Assembly: GCA_039815375.1 (NCBI GenBank)
Contig: JBCBZJ010000009.1
Location: 46,296 to 110,295, forward strand
Reading direction: 5' to 3'
Length of the DNA: 64,000 bases
Origin: Verrucomicrobiota bacterium
GTDB taxonomy: Bacteria > Verrucomicrobiota > Verrucomicrobiia > Opitutales > Coraliomargaritaceae
Position numbers and translations under genes: made by a program. This document shows positions 27,101 through 35,673 of this stretch, piece by piece. The notes beneath the pieces are model-generated. The model ran no database searches and was not told the origin of the DNA. It worked only from the letters and a program-made list of their open reading frames with translations. Each line of letters starts with the position of its first letter. Position 1 is the first letter of the stretch.

Positions 27101-28643
27101 GCTTCCCGCTGTGCTGGATCGTGCTTCCCTCGGTGCCGGCTTGTATTTACTGACTGATGGTCCGGTTGAACTGGTTGCTGCGGTCACCCGATTGCTCAAG
27201 GCCCGTGGCGCGTCGGTTACGGTTTTGGAGACTGCCGACTACATGTCTGCGGAACGACTCAAAGCGCGCGTTTCGGCTCTACGCGAGCAGATGCCGATTG
27301 CGGGTATCATTCACCTGGCGGGAATCGGAGATAAGGCGTGGCCGGATAATTTTGATGAGCTGAAAACCCAAACTCGAATGGATACCAAGAGTTTCTTTCA
27401 ACTTATCCAGCTCTGTCGTGAGAACCTGATGAAGCTTTCAGAGAAGGGTGGTGGGCAAGTTGTTTCCGTGTCACACCTTGATGGACTTTTTGGGCGGGGA
27501 GGTAGCCGGATCGCAGGTTTTCCGACCGTCGGAAGTAGTGTGGGTCTGTTGAAAACACTTCATACGGAATCGGAAGGTTTACACCTGCGGGCTCTGGATT
27601 TTGATGGGCAACTTTCTGTTGAAGACGAGGCAGAAAAAATTGTGGCTGAAACACTGATTCCCGGTGATGCGATCGAGATTGGCTACCAAGCTGGTGTTCG
27701 ACATACATTTCACGCTGAAATAGTCGAGCGGATGGAGGCTCCAAATTGGAAGCAAACCGTTCCGCCATCGCGCGAGAATTGGGTTGTGCTGGCGACAGGC
27801 GGCGCGCGTGGGATCACGGCTGAAATTCTCAAGCGCTATGCCGAGCCCGGTATGCAGATTGTTCTCGTCGGACGCTCTCCTGTCGGTGAAGCCCCTGTTT
27901 TTGAGGGTGCCGATGCCGAGGACGTTGATTCATTGCGTAAAGCCTTGATCGCAGAGATGCAGGGCCGGAACGCAAAAATCACTCCAGCTGCGATCGAATC
28001 CGAGCTTCGTTCGATACTTGGGCAGCGTGAACGCTTACGTAACCTTCGTGATCTGGAGGCACGGGGCGCAGTCGTTTCCTATCACGCTGTTGATGTCGCC
28101 GATGAGGCTGTCTTCAAACCTTTCCTCGAAGAGCTCTATTCGCGCTTTGAGCGGATCGATGCGGTTTTTCACGGGGCCGGTGTTCTCGAAGACAAATTGA
28201 TCGCCGATAAAACGCTCGATTCGTTTGATCGCGTATTTGATGTGAAAGTGGATAGCACCTTCCTCCTGACGAAACATCTCAAACCCGATTCCTTGCGCGA
28301 GTTGGTGCTTTTCTCGTCGATTGCGGGTCGTTTCGGAAATCGCGGTCAAGTGGACTATGCGGCGGCAAATGAGGCTCTGAACCGTTTTGCGTGGGTGCTG
28401 GACCGTTCATGGGAGCAGACACGGGTCGTGTCCATGAACTGGGGACCGTGGGCATCTGCAGGAATGGCAGTCGATCCGCAGATTGCTGCTCAGTTCCAAA
28501 AACAGGGCATCGTTCCCATTGATACGGAGGACGGCAGCCGCGTAATGTTAGAGGTTCTCAATAGTCAAATTGCCCCTGATGCCGTGGAAATCATTGCGGG
28601 CCTTGGAAACTGGGTTCAGGGTGGCCCGATGATCGCTGGATAA
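21153..28643 (+). CDS. Iterative type I PKS/fatty-acid synthase, PfaA/HglE-like: FMN-dependent ER (nitronate monooxygenase/FabK-like)-KS-AT-ACP-KR
   Basis: ER motifs YPIVQGPMTRVSD, EGRECGGHVG and FAGGIHD; KS DAACASS/HGTGT/GHTKTAAG; AT PGQGAQ/GHSYG/GPFHS; PfaA-type ACP LGIDSIKRIEIL; KR TGGARGIT and YAAAN. Confidence 0.92.
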   Translation: MKNSVTERFECLVFTPLHLDHPGLAIAAAQAGAVPVFDFEYAASEYGSQIQANFRRFLDATDAGTTCYGIRSTPEQLARCLEWIGTEETPLCDRIILHGWMSDKLAATLDEIEPTGCRLFLEVTSASEIEPIREYLPKIDGLVGKGNESGGRVGTESSYVLIQKLIDAQELPVYVRGGIGAHSAAACRVLGASGIVLDDTLWLFPESPLCHSLGPVLRRVDVKDSIIVGAELGAGCRFLQRPDLPAARGLVDHARQLEAALERRGESAVQAEWLSCLSDELGFEEKPNGVMPVLPLGPLAVFSDAYAKRFKSLARYIHHILSSSTEAVKQSRLQSTLAPDSPMAVDHGTRYPIVQGPMTRVSDRAEFAVRLAESGGLPMLALALMRAEQVKTLLDETRASIGDQAWGVGLLGFAPKDLLDAQIKEVLRVKPGFALLAGGRPTQAGILEAEGIKTYIHAPVPSLLTNFLEQGARRFVLEGRECGGHVGPLSSFVLWEEAIEVLLRHSRSKQAEPVSVLFAGGIHDRRSAAMVAAMAAPLVDAGARVGVLMGTPYIFTQEAVETGAIMSEFQQQARICERTTIIESSPGHQIRCSTTPFMDEFRRARRSYLEQGLSGVEIKDALEHLSLGRLRIASKGVTRSKDGGLEEVSAEDQVRDGMYMLGDTATMHADTCSLEELHREVSIGCVDWLQELDFSEPPREPVAARPCQVAVVGMAAFLPGAEDVDAYWRNLLDLEDSMKEIPQEYWDWRLYYQDLQSGEERNLDQTVSKWGGFIKEVPFNPIQYGIPPNSLKRISPAQLLALESVYRTVQDAGYSFDEIDRENTSVIFGTDGSSPLKGHFIFRTLMPLFHYRDDSIMDRLPEWGEEAFPGILANVGPGRVANRFDLGGTNFVVDAACASSLKAIDLAVQELESGRSNCVIAGGVDIDQSPEAYVAFSSSHALSPTGRVRTFDQSADGIVISEGISVVMLKRLEDAERDGDRIYSVIQGVGSSSDGKALGLTAPNTSGQKRAFERAYRLSGVDPKTLGYYEAHGTGTVLGDRTELQSFHNLLSDSGAEPQSCAIGSHKTLIGHTKTAAGVTGLIKSSLSLYHRVLPPHKGVEAPIDGVQSKEDPVCIMDRASPWCAQGQKRRSAVSAFGFGGTNTHIVLEEYTASGRDLAPGAAKWPCELCIFTAKDEISLVNELSGHLKLLESAESKIRLSDYAYSLAHEAETKTDCSHALTVIAQNLEELRKALESTLKILSESQSERRFPSHIRFAAARHEAAKIAFVFPGQGAQYINMARESALYFDEIRSVFERANQALDGCYEKPLSRYVFPSAAFTEADREEQRSSLTDTHVAQVAIGSVSLGYYHLLERLGISPDAVCGHSYGEFVALHVAGAYSEEAFLKLSEVRGREMASASALGGGMLVCFAERQQITELAREIGEDLCISNHNAPRQVVLAGTTDAVERMIAVCDQKEIRYRRLNVAGPFHSSLMEPAKAPLVEAIRSVEWSEPKIPVYSNMDGECYPEDIDGLKDCLERHLLHSVEFVSQIEQMHADGVDLFIECGPNGLFSKMIGQILEGEDHLALSLDRDEGAISHLLGCLAQLFNLGVWRLPLRLFSGRDVTFLDFAELRQQAAEARSQGPAPLWYVDGSGCRAANEKLKHPGKLSPLTYEESLELMEKQQRLETGQSPGHHNGSHNGEHVVIPSSQTSKNGTSHASGTPSASPAAAKPQTLHSMPMPTSNVGGLQPSEALAAYESYQQTMQQFLKMEESIMTRFLQGGVAPPHDVGDLKNSMVSAPAPEFVAAPSHAVSNSNGVAPSDMLAEPTSRAPESPPQVPVNAAEEMPQAAESSAASPAATEVAESTTVDTPDRAQMQASLLGLVSQLTGYPEDLLELDSDLESELGIDSIKRIEILTKVMDLLPSSMKKGLNAQFEHLTQIKTLSGILDEFEAFLESAAAETSAPVSSEKLVKLPSGPINATDALSESTCPLSVMVSERTELPAVLDRASLGAGLYLLTDGPVELVAAVTRLLKARGASVTVLETADYMSAERLKARVSALREQMPIAGIIHLAGIGDKAWPDNFDELKTQTRMDTKSFFQLIQLCRENLMKLSEKGGGQVVSVSHLDGLFGRGGSRIAGFPTVGSSVGLLKTLHTESEGLHLRALDFDGQLSVEDEAEKIVAETLIPGDAIEIGYQAGVRHTFHAEIVERMEAPNWKQTVPPSRENWVVLATGGARGITAEILKRYAEPGMQIVLVGRSPVGEAPVFEGADAEDVDSLRKALIAEMQGRNAKITPAAIESELRSILGQRERLRNLRDLEARGAVVSYHAVDVADEAVFKPFLEELYSRFERIDAVFHGAGVLEDKLIADKTLDSFDRVFDVKVDSTFLLTKHLKPDSLRELVLFSSIAGRFGNRGQVDYAAANEALNRFAWVLDRSWEQTRVVSMNWGPWASAGMAVDPQIAAQFQKQGIVPIDTEDGSRVMLEVLNSQIAPDAVEIIAGLGNWVQGGPMIAG

Positions 28644-28672
28644 GCCTTTTCAGCCAATTCATTCTATTAAGT

Positions 28673-29044
28673 ATGGGCACTCTTATCGACCAACATTATC
28701 GGGAAGTGCGCGAAAGAGCGCTTCTCTTCAGTTTCACGATCAAAGTCAATCTGGCCTTAGTTCAAGACGAGGAGGACTTCTATTTTTCTGGCGACTATGA
28801 TATCAGCGGCATCGTTAATGTCTCTGGTCAAATCGATCCAAGAGGTCCAATTACAGGGGATTGTGAAGAGCGGGTTGAACTGAATTCCGGAAATGTCATC
28901 CAATATCGGGTCGAGAACTGGTCCTATGAAGACGGTGAAGTTGCATGCACCTTATCCGTCGAAGCTGAGTATCAGGCACTCGGGAAAAAGCGCAGGGTCG
29001 TGATTTTCGAATCGGTTCAATACGCCGGGGAATTGACTTCATGA
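28673..29044 (+). CDS. Hypothetical protein
   Basis: 123 aa ORF between the PKS and the SDR; its stop overlaps the SDR start (ATGA), suggesting translational coupling. Confidence 0.6.
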   Translation: MGTLIDQHYREVRERALLFSFTIKVNLALVQDEEDFYFSGDYDISGIVNVSGQIDPRGPITGDCEERVELNSGNVIQYRVENWSYEDGEVACTLSVEAEYQALGKKRRVVIFESVQYAGELTS

Positions 29045-29817
29045 CGAACCTCTCTGAGACGGAATCCTTGCGGCAGGTGGCTCTCATCGTGGGTGGAGCC
29101 AGTGGTATAGGCCTGGCAACAGCCGGGAAATTTCTCCAGTCTGGGGTGTGTGTGATGTTAGCGGATGTCAACACGAGTGCAGGCCAGCTGCGTTGCCGTG
29201 AGCTCCAGCAAGCCTACGGAGAGGATGCCTGCGCTTTTGTGTCGGTTGATGTTACGAACTCTTCATCCGTTGAAGCAATGGCGGAGACGACTCACCAGCG
29301 CTGGGGGCGGATTGATTTCCTCATCAATAGCGCCGGATTGGGAGCCACACCAAGTCTTCCTCATATGCTAGACGATGCGGAGTTCGAACGAACTCTCGGA
29401 GTGAACCTGTCAGGGGTTTTTCGATCGATGAAGGCTGTGATACCTGTCATGTTACGCCAAAAGTCCGGATCTATCGTCAATTTGGGAAGTGTTGGAGGTA
29501 TGCACCCGATGCCGTACGGCTGCGACTATGGGGCGTCCAAAGCGGCAGTCATCTTCCTCAGCCGTTCGATGGCTCAAGCCTACGGTCGAAACGGAATCCG
29601 TGTCAATGTAGTCAGTCCGGCATGGGTGGATACGCCGATGATTGATGAGGTTGTCGAGCGTAAGGGCCCTGAAATGCGAGAAAAAATGAAGTCGGATATT
29701 CCACTTGGGCGGATCGGGTGCCCCGAGGAGATCGCGGGCACAGTTTACTATGTTGCCTGCGATGCTTCCTTTATGTCCGGGAGCAATGTCACCGTCGATG
29801 GGGGAATGGCATCCTAG
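29041..29817 (+). CDS. Short-chain dehydrogenase/reductase (FabG-like)
   Basis: GGASGIG, INSAG, catalytic YGASK and VTVDGG motifs. Confidence 0.92.
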   Translation: MTNLSETESLRQVALIVGGASGIGLATAGKFLQSGVCVMLADVNTSAGQLRCRELQQAYGEDACAFVSVDVTNSSSVEAMAETTHQRWGRIDFLINSAGLGATPSLPHMLDDAEFERTLGVNLSGVFRSMKAVIPVMLRQKSGSIVNLGSVGGMHPMPYGCDYGASKAAVIFLSRSMAQAYGRNGIRVNVVSPAWVDTPMIDEVVERKGPEMREKMKSDIPLGRIGCPEEIAGTVYYVACDASFMSGSNVTVDGGMAS

Positions 29818-29983
29818 CTATTGATCAGCTGAATAAATGGAAAATCGCAGGCATTGCTTGCAGCCCTTCTTTTGCCGGATATTAATTTACAACGTACTTG
29901 ACACTCCTTAAATTAAAAAACAATTTTTTCACAGTTAGGATTAAAAATAAATCAGCTTTTAAAGTATTTAACTCAAAACTAAT

Positions 29984-30394
29984 ATGGATAATTCAGATAA
30001 AGCATTAAATGGAGCCAAACTTGTTGGTGAAGCCTATCTTCCTGGTTCAAGCTTATTGATCGATGGTGATATCCTCGGTGGCGGTGCCTACGCTGCGGCG
30101 GGTTTTGTTGCAGGTCGTTTCTTCGGTTTACCGGGAAAGCTTTTCGTAGCCGGCGAATCGTTCACTCGCTCCGTTGCCGGTAAGGGCCTTGTCGAACTTG
30201 TTGCTGATACAGCTGGTAAAGCAGTCAAAGGCGCAACTGAGAAAGTTCAATCAAAGGTGAGTCGTAAATCGGAAGTGAAGCAGTCCAAGGCACGCGATGA
30301 GCTAAAGGATGTTATTCGCGAGGTCATGCTCGAATTGAGCCAAGAGACCAAAGCTACCAGAACCCCTGCCAAGAAGGTAGCGGCTAAAGCCTAA
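29984..30394 (+). CDS. Small Gly-rich membrane-associated protein (DUF6072-like)
   Basis: GAKLVGEAYLPGSSLLIDG...SFTRSVAGK N-terminal region and a Lys/Ala-rich tail; followed by a terminator. Confidence 0.55.
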   Translation: MDNSDKALNGAKLVGEAYLPGSSLLIDGDILGGGAYAAAGFVAGRFFGLPGKLFVAGESFTRSVAGKGLVELVADTAGKAVKGATEKVQSKVSRKSEVKQSKARDELKDVIREVMLELSQETKATRTPAKKVAAKA

Positions 30395-30416
30395 TTTTTT
30401 CATAGTCTATCTTTCG

Positions 30417-30448
30417 AAAGCCCATCGATATTTTCGGTGGGCTTTTTT
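30417..30448 (+). terminator. Rho-independent terminator
   Basis: Stem AAAGCCCATCGA / TCGGTGGGCTTT running into a T tract, ~22 nt after the stop at 30394. Confidence 0.75.
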
Positions 30449-30725
30449 GTCTTATAAGATTAACTGGTTTAGCCCGTTTTGCGGGAGTTTTAGCCTTATG
30501 TGGGCTGCTCGAGTCCGCCGCGGAATCATACAAGAACCCTGGAGACCCGAGGGAAGACCTCCCTTCCGATACAATCCTGCCTGACCTTTGCTCATTTGGT
30601 ATAAAAACCCACGATTTTATTGGGCTGAGTGATAATCCAGAGTATTTGATGCTTTTACATTGACTCATGGCTGAGTCGGTGGGATTCGGTAGATTTAACA
30701 ATCTAACGATACGTTAATTATAAGT

Positions 30726-30923
30726 ATGATAACTATTCTTGCATTTGCGATAGGGCTAGGGTTGGGAATTTTCTTAACTTTAAAAATCCGTAGTCTACTC
30801 AAAGGTTTGATTCGACTCGCTTTCCGTCTCGCGCGGAGCCTTCAAAAATACAAGGAGGAGGTCTCTCAGGAAATCGAAGATTGCGCTTCTGAGGTCCAGT
30901 CCGAGTTGAAGAAAGCAAGCTGA
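30726..30923 (+). CDS. Small single-TM protein with helical C-terminus (DUF5132-like)
   Basis: 65 aa with a hydrophobic N-terminus and EEVSQEIEDCASEVQSE; lies directly upstream of the ABC transporter. Confidence 0.5.
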   Translation: MITILAFAIGLGLGIFLTLKIRSLLKGLIRLAFRLARSLQKYKEEVSQEIEDCASEVQSELKKAS

Positions 30924-30969
30924 GGCGATCTTGCTTGGGCATTCAGGCCAAGCTTGAGTCGAATTCTGT

Positions 30970-33033
30970 ATGGTGGACTCTTCTGCTTCAATCAAACTAC
31001 TGTCGACTACCGGACTGAGGCAGCGCTGGAGAGTGCGTACTCTCTGCGGCGAGGTCTCGGAAGCGAAGCTTTTCGAAGCATTGCTGCGTGCAGATGCAAC
31101 CGTTGAACGGGTTTCAGCTGACCCAGTTACCGGGAGGGTTCTCATTGTATTCAAACAATCCCGGGATACGGAAGAAGTTGCTGAGTACATCCAATCATCT
31201 CTGGTGCGGGTTGCCGCGATGCCCGAATCAGAGCGGATCAAGCTGATTGGGCGGACTCGGCAAAGTCCGGTAGGAGTCTTCCGGCTTTTAGGAGAGATTC
31301 CCGGGATTAAAATCCTTCTCGTTTTGAAGGCAGTTGCGTTTTCGGTAACCTTTAACGCACTCAACATTCTGCCGCCCTTGATTTTTGCAGCAATTGCCTA
31401 CTTAGGCATGAACGGCACCTTTGCGATAATGGAGAGCATGGGAGTCAACTCCTTGACCATGCAATTCATTCTGGTGGCAATCGGTGGTCTGATCGTATAT
31501 TCAATCCGTACTTATTTTTCTTTTTCGACCCGCGATGCCTGGCGTGAGCTAGGTCAAACGGTTCAGCACTCTTTGCGAACCAAGATTTTCAAGAAGGTCC
31601 AGTTTCTGGAGCTTCCCTATGTTGCCGATCGCACTCATTCCGGTATACGTGATGTAGTCAGCGAAGATACGGCTGCGGTTGAAGCTTTCTATGAAAAGGG
31701 GCTTGAGGACATCATACGCAAGGTAGTTACGTTGATCTTTGTCCAGCAGGTTTATCTGCTTCTCTCACCTCTGGTCGCGATTATTGTTTTTCTGATCATA
31801 TTCGCATTTTGGGTTTCGTGGTCCGTTTTTCACCGCAACGCGGCGATTCCCTACAAGGCTGCAGTTGAAGCAGACGCGGACCTGAACGAACACATCTCCA
31901 AAAACATTGCCGGAATTGAAACTGTGCGCAGCTACGTGGCGGAGAAGTTTGAAATAGAACGGATGCAGGATGCAAGTTTGCGTGCACTTGCTGCCGGTAA
32001 GCAGGCGACGCTGATTACCTGGTTGTATTCACATCTCGTGGATCTCTGTCTCTTCGTCTGCTTCCTCCTTATTTTGACTGTATCAGGAATCATGCTTGCC
32101 AATGGTTTGATTGATATCGGTGCATTTATTATTCTCGTCTTTCTGATACCGCGTGTGGGCGTCATCTTTGACAATATCGAAGAAACGCTCGACCTGTATC
32201 AACGGGCGAATGCGGCAAGCCGTCGGATTCTGGATCTACTGGCTATCCAACCAAGTAGTCAGAACCGGGTAGAGCAAAGCCTGGAGACGGCAGATATCAG
32301 GGGACACTTGGACTTCCGCTCGATCACATTTTCCTACACTGGGCGTTCTCCGGTCATTGCGGAGACGTCATTCGAGATTCCGGCTGGGAGCAGCTGCGCT
32401 TTTGTCGGAAGCACCGGTTCGGGCAAGAGCACTCTGGCGAGGTTGCTCATGCGCTTCTATGATTTGAATCAGGGGCAGATCTGTCTGGATGGCCACGATA
32501 TCTCAGAGCTCAACGTCCAGTTCCTGCGTTCGCAAATCGGTTATGTTAGTCAGGACACCTATTTATTCAACGGAAAGCTAATTGATAACATTCGTTTCGG
32601 TAGACCTGATGCGACGCTTGAGGAAGTCGTCACGGTGACTAAAATGGTCGGAATTTATGAGTTCATTGAAAAACTTGAGAATGGCTTCGATACCATCGTG
32701 GGAGAGCGTGGGCAGTTCCTCTCGGGAGGGCAGCGCCAGCTAATCTCTATTTCACGAGCTCTGATTAAGAATCCGAAGATTTTCATATTTGATGAGGCAA
32801 CTTCCGCTTTGGATAATGAGACGGAGGCAATGATTCACAACGCAATCTCCAAGGTGATGCAGGATCGAACCACGATCGTGATTGCTCACCGTTTGAGTAC
32901 TATCACCAACGTCGACAAAATACATGTCCTCTCAGAGGCAGGTATTCATGAATCAGGATCGCATGAGCAATTGGTGAAAGACGACGGAATCTATGCTGCT
33001 TTGTGGAAGTTGCAGGCCCGCGGCTTAGGTTAG
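30970..33033 (+). CDS. ABC exporter (fused TMD+NBD) with an N-terminal HMA2-like domain
   Basis: Walker A GSTGSGKS, signature LSGGQRQ, Walker B IFDEATS, H-loop IAHRLST and several TM helices; N-terminal GLRQRWRV...VSADPVTGRVLIVF. Confidence 0.92.
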   Translation: MVDSSASIKLLSTTGLRQRWRVRTLCGEVSEAKLFEALLRADATVERVSADPVTGRVLIVFKQSRDTEEVAEYIQSSLVRVAAMPESERIKLIGRTRQSPVGVFRLLGEIPGIKILLVLKAVAFSVTFNALNILPPLIFAAIAYLGMNGTFAIMESMGVNSLTMQFILVAIGGLIVYSIRTYFSFSTRDAWRELGQTVQHSLRTKIFKKVQFLELPYVADRTHSGIRDVVSEDTAAVEAFYEKGLEDIIRKVVTLIFVQQVYLLLSPLVAIIVFLIIFAFWVSWSVFHRNAAIPYKAAVEADADLNEHISKNIAGIETVRSYVAEKFEIERMQDASLRALAAGKQATLITWLYSHLVDLCLFVCFLLILTVSGIMLANGLIDIGAFIILVFLIPRVGVIFDNIEETLDLYQRANAASRRILDLLAIQPSSQNRVEQSLETADIRGHLDFRSITFSYTGRSPVIAETSFEIPAGSSCAFVGSTGSGKSTLARLLMRFYDLNQGQICLDGHDISELNVQFLRSQIGYVSQDTYLFNGKLIDNIRFGRPDATLEEVVTVTKMVGIYEFIEKLENGFDTIVGERGQFLSGGQRQLISISRALIKNPKIFIFDEATSALDNETEAMIHNAISKVMQDRTTIVIAHRLSTITNVDKIHVLSEAGIHESGSHEQLVKDDGIYAALWKLQARGLG

Positions 33034-33046
33034 GCTTGATAGCGCT

Positions 33047-34099
33047 TTACGCCAATTTGAACTCCAGAATCTTACGACCGATTTTAGTCGGATGGACTCC
33101 AGCGAGTTCCAGACCCGCATCCGCAGCGATATCGGTATACTCTTTCTGCGTTCGGGATTTTCCGTTCACCAGGATCATAAAGTTCAGGTCGAGCCAGTTT
33201 GCCATTTCCGAACCTGCCTCATCTGCCACCAGATACTCGATGATCAGCAGGCGTTTGTCGGCATTAGCTGATTCACTTGTTTGGTTGTGCCTCATTGCTT
33301 CACTTAGGCTTTTAAGTAGTTTCTTCGTTTGATGTTGGGGCCAGTTATGAATGGTATTTTTGATAATGTAGAGGTCCCCATCTGTGGGAACCGAATCGAA
33401 GAAGTCGCCCCCGATTAGACGAAGCTTCCCACTGGTTTCCAGGGCCTGCACGGGTTTGTAAGCCGTATCTGAGGATCGAAGTTGTTCGAAGGTGTCCTTA
33501 CGATCAAACAGGGTTCCTTTACTGTTGCCTGCGGACTCGAGAATAGCTGTCAAGAAGGAGCCATGTCCGCCGCCAACATCAATGATGTGCTTGAATTGAT
33601 CGAATGGGAAAGACTTCGACAGAACTTGGTCATCACGGACTGAAAGGTCTGTCATCGCTTGGTGGAAGACTGCTTTGAGTTCGGGTTTGTCTGCTAAATA
33701 ATCAAGTGTTCCAGATGCGGCTGTGTCTGCATATTTGCTACTTGGACCTTGTTTGAGGATGTCAGTAAGCTGGCCCCATGGATGATAGCGGTAGGGTGCT
33801 CCATTGAGGCGTGCAGCTGCACGTTGGCTCTGTGGATGATCGCTGCGAAGCAGGTCTCCGAGAGGACTTAGCACATAACCGTCATCATGATCAGTCTCGA
33901 TCAAGTCCAGATTGGCAGCGCAGCGGAGAAAGCGTTCAAGCATTTCGGTGGCAGTTCCTGTTTGCTCAGCAAGATAATCTACGAAACGGCGCTCTCCATT
34001 AAAGCAGTCTGCTATGCCGAGCTCTGCAAATGTATAGGTCACGGAAGTGGCCCAGTTGCCGTAGATTAACTTGTGTACTTGAGGGATGAGCGAGGCCAT
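33047..34099 (-). CDS. SAM-dependent methyltransferase (COMT-like, dimerisation + Methyltransf_2 domains)
   Basis: IDVGGGHG, GDFFDSVP, KNTIHNW and LDLNFM...GKSRT motifs. Confidence 0.9.
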   Translation of the reverse strand: MASLIPQVHKLIYGNWATSVTYTFAELGIADCFNGERRFVDYLAEQTGTATEMLERFLRCAANLDLIETDHDDGYVLSPLGDLLRSDHPQSQRAAARLNGAPYRYHPWGQLTDILKQGPSSKYADTAASGTLDYLADKPELKAVFHQAMTDLSVRDDQVLSKSFPFDQFKHIIDVGGGHGSFLTAILESAGNSKGTLFDRKDTFEQLRSSDTAYKPVQALETSGKLRLIGGDFFDSVPTDGDLYIIKNTIHNWPQHQTKKLLKSLSEAMRHNQTSESANADKRLLIIEYLVADEAGSEMANWLDLNFMILVNGKSRTQKEYTDIAADAGLELAGVHPTKIGRKILEFKLA

Positions 34100-34201
34100 G
34101 TGTATTACTCTTGGTAGTTTGAATGTGGATATTTCTATCTATGATCGCGTTATTATTCGATCTTTCATGATGGAATCAACTCTAGGAATAAATCATTTGC
34201 A

Positions 34202-34969
34202 TCAGGAACCCTCTACTGCCTTCTCCAATGATCCTGGATCCAATTCAAAATGTAGAAGTTCTGTAATTGAGGAATCCGTCGCTATAGCGGATTGATAATC
34301 CTCAATGTTGGAGATGTCGAAAAGTGACCACTCTCTAAGCACTTTTGTGCCTTGCTTATGGTTTACAGTGATTTGTAGGTCCCGGTCATCTAGAAAGTTA
34401 ACGGAAAAAGTATCCAATTGCAGAGCTAAACCGAGGCCCACTGCTTTGATATAGGCTTCCTTGCAGGTCCAGCATCGATAGAAGGCATGTAGACGCTCGC
34501 TTTCCGGTAGCTCGCGAAGGTTCGTATACTCCCGAGGCGAGAAAAAGCGTTCTGCGAGTTTCATGTAATCCAGTGGGCGCTTCGGGTGGCAGCACTCGAT
34601 ATCGATCCCGACTGGAGTAGATTTCGTGATCGCAATTTGTCCGTAATCGGCGGAGTGGGAGACGTTGAAACAAACGAACTCCCCCGAATCTATTTTCTTG
34701 AGCGAAGGTTTTCCATGCAGCGAGTATTCAATGTTCAGCTTTTCTGGTATTTTCTGTAGATACCGTGCAAGGAGAAGTCGCAGGCTGGCACGTGTGACGG
34801 TGTAGGAAGTCGAATGCTCTTCAAATTTAAATCGCAGAGCTCTCTCTTGCTCGTCGGAGCTTAATACTGTGAAGAGGTCTTTCTTTATTGGTTTGATCCG
34901 GTCAATGCATAGAGTCCAGATATGCGCTGTGCGCTTATTTATAGTCATAACGCTTTTATCCTGAATCAT
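34202..34969 (-). CDS. Sfp/HetI-type 4'-phosphopantetheinyl transferase
   Basis: FNVSHS, VGIDIE and WTCKEAYIKAVGLGL motifs. Confidence 0.93.
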   Translation of the reverse strand: MIQDKSVMTINKRTAHIWTLCIDRIKPIKKDLFTVLSSDEQERALRFKFEEHSTSYTVTRASLRLLLARYLQKIPEKLNIEYSLHGKPSLKKIDSGEFVCFNVSHSADYGQIAITKSTPVGIDIECCHPKRPLDYMKLAERFFSPREYTNLRELPESERLHAFYRCWTCKEAYIKAVGLGLALQLDTFSVNFLDDRDLQITVNHKQGTKVLREWSLFDISNIEDYQSAIATDSSITELLHFELDPGSLEKAVEGS

Positions 34970-35609
34970 ATAACCCTATTAGTTGCTGGTAGGACTTCCG
35001 GGGCAATACATCTCTGGCCGCTGCGTAATTTACTAATTCATATCACCGTGAGAGCAAAGTGCTTTTGGGAGCAGGTTCGTGTCGATATTTCCGTAGGCCG
35101 ACCGAGGGTCCTGATCGCTGCCGAAAAATGAAGAATGGTGAGTCGTGCGTAAGCGGAATTATCAAGTTCGGCAGATCGTGATGACAATTGTCCTGTTCCT
35201 ATCATTCTGACGAATGAAAGAACTGACTTGCTTCAAGCCGTAAATGCATAAATCGGTGCGGATGTCTCCTGAGAAATCAACCTACGCGCCAACCATTAGC
35301 ATGTGTGCTACCAGAGATGCTAATTATGGTAAACTGCGTGCAGCAGCTTCTCACGGATGAACCCTTCTCTTTCCTTCTTTCTGTTGATTGATTGGCTCAG
35401 CAAAATGGCTGCATTTTACAACTCATCTAGCAATACGAGGTTTTCAAAGAACTTGAATTTTTGAGGTATCCAAAGGCGTCAGGCACAAAAAATAAAGATT
35501 TGCGTTGATGTCTGTTTCTCTAGCTAAGCCCGTTCGCTCTACTGTTACGCAGATCGAACGGGTTTCGCTGTCTTTGTCTACTCTGTGGCAAGCGTCAGAG
35601 TAAGGATCG

Positions 35610-35653
35610 TGATGTGAATCCAGTATAGATATTAATCACAGCGATTCACATCA
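35610..35653. repeat. Perfect 11-bp inverted repeat (possible terminator or stabilising hairpin of the upstream minus-strand gene)
   Basis: TGATGTGAATC (35610-35620) and GATTCACATCA (35643-35653), ~20 nt past the stop at 35674. A second hairpin, AAGCCCGTTCG/CGAACGGGTTT, lies at 35526-35565. Confidence 0.5.
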
Positions 35654-35673
35654 GGCTTGTGATTGTTAGAACT

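Noticed and set aside
21153..28643. Calling this a canonical PUFA synthase (pfaA) or an enediyne PKSE
   Set aside because: It has a single ACP and a fused ER, and there is no PfaC-type KS-CLF/FabA-DH partner. It lacks the C-terminal DH-PPTase and the associated enediyne cassette genes.
34970..35600. Long intergenic region with several hairpins, considered as a riboswitch or sRNA; also a 69 aa ORF at 34922-35131
   Set aside because: I could not match a known RNA motif by eye (an Rfam/Infernal search would be needed), and the ORF has no features.
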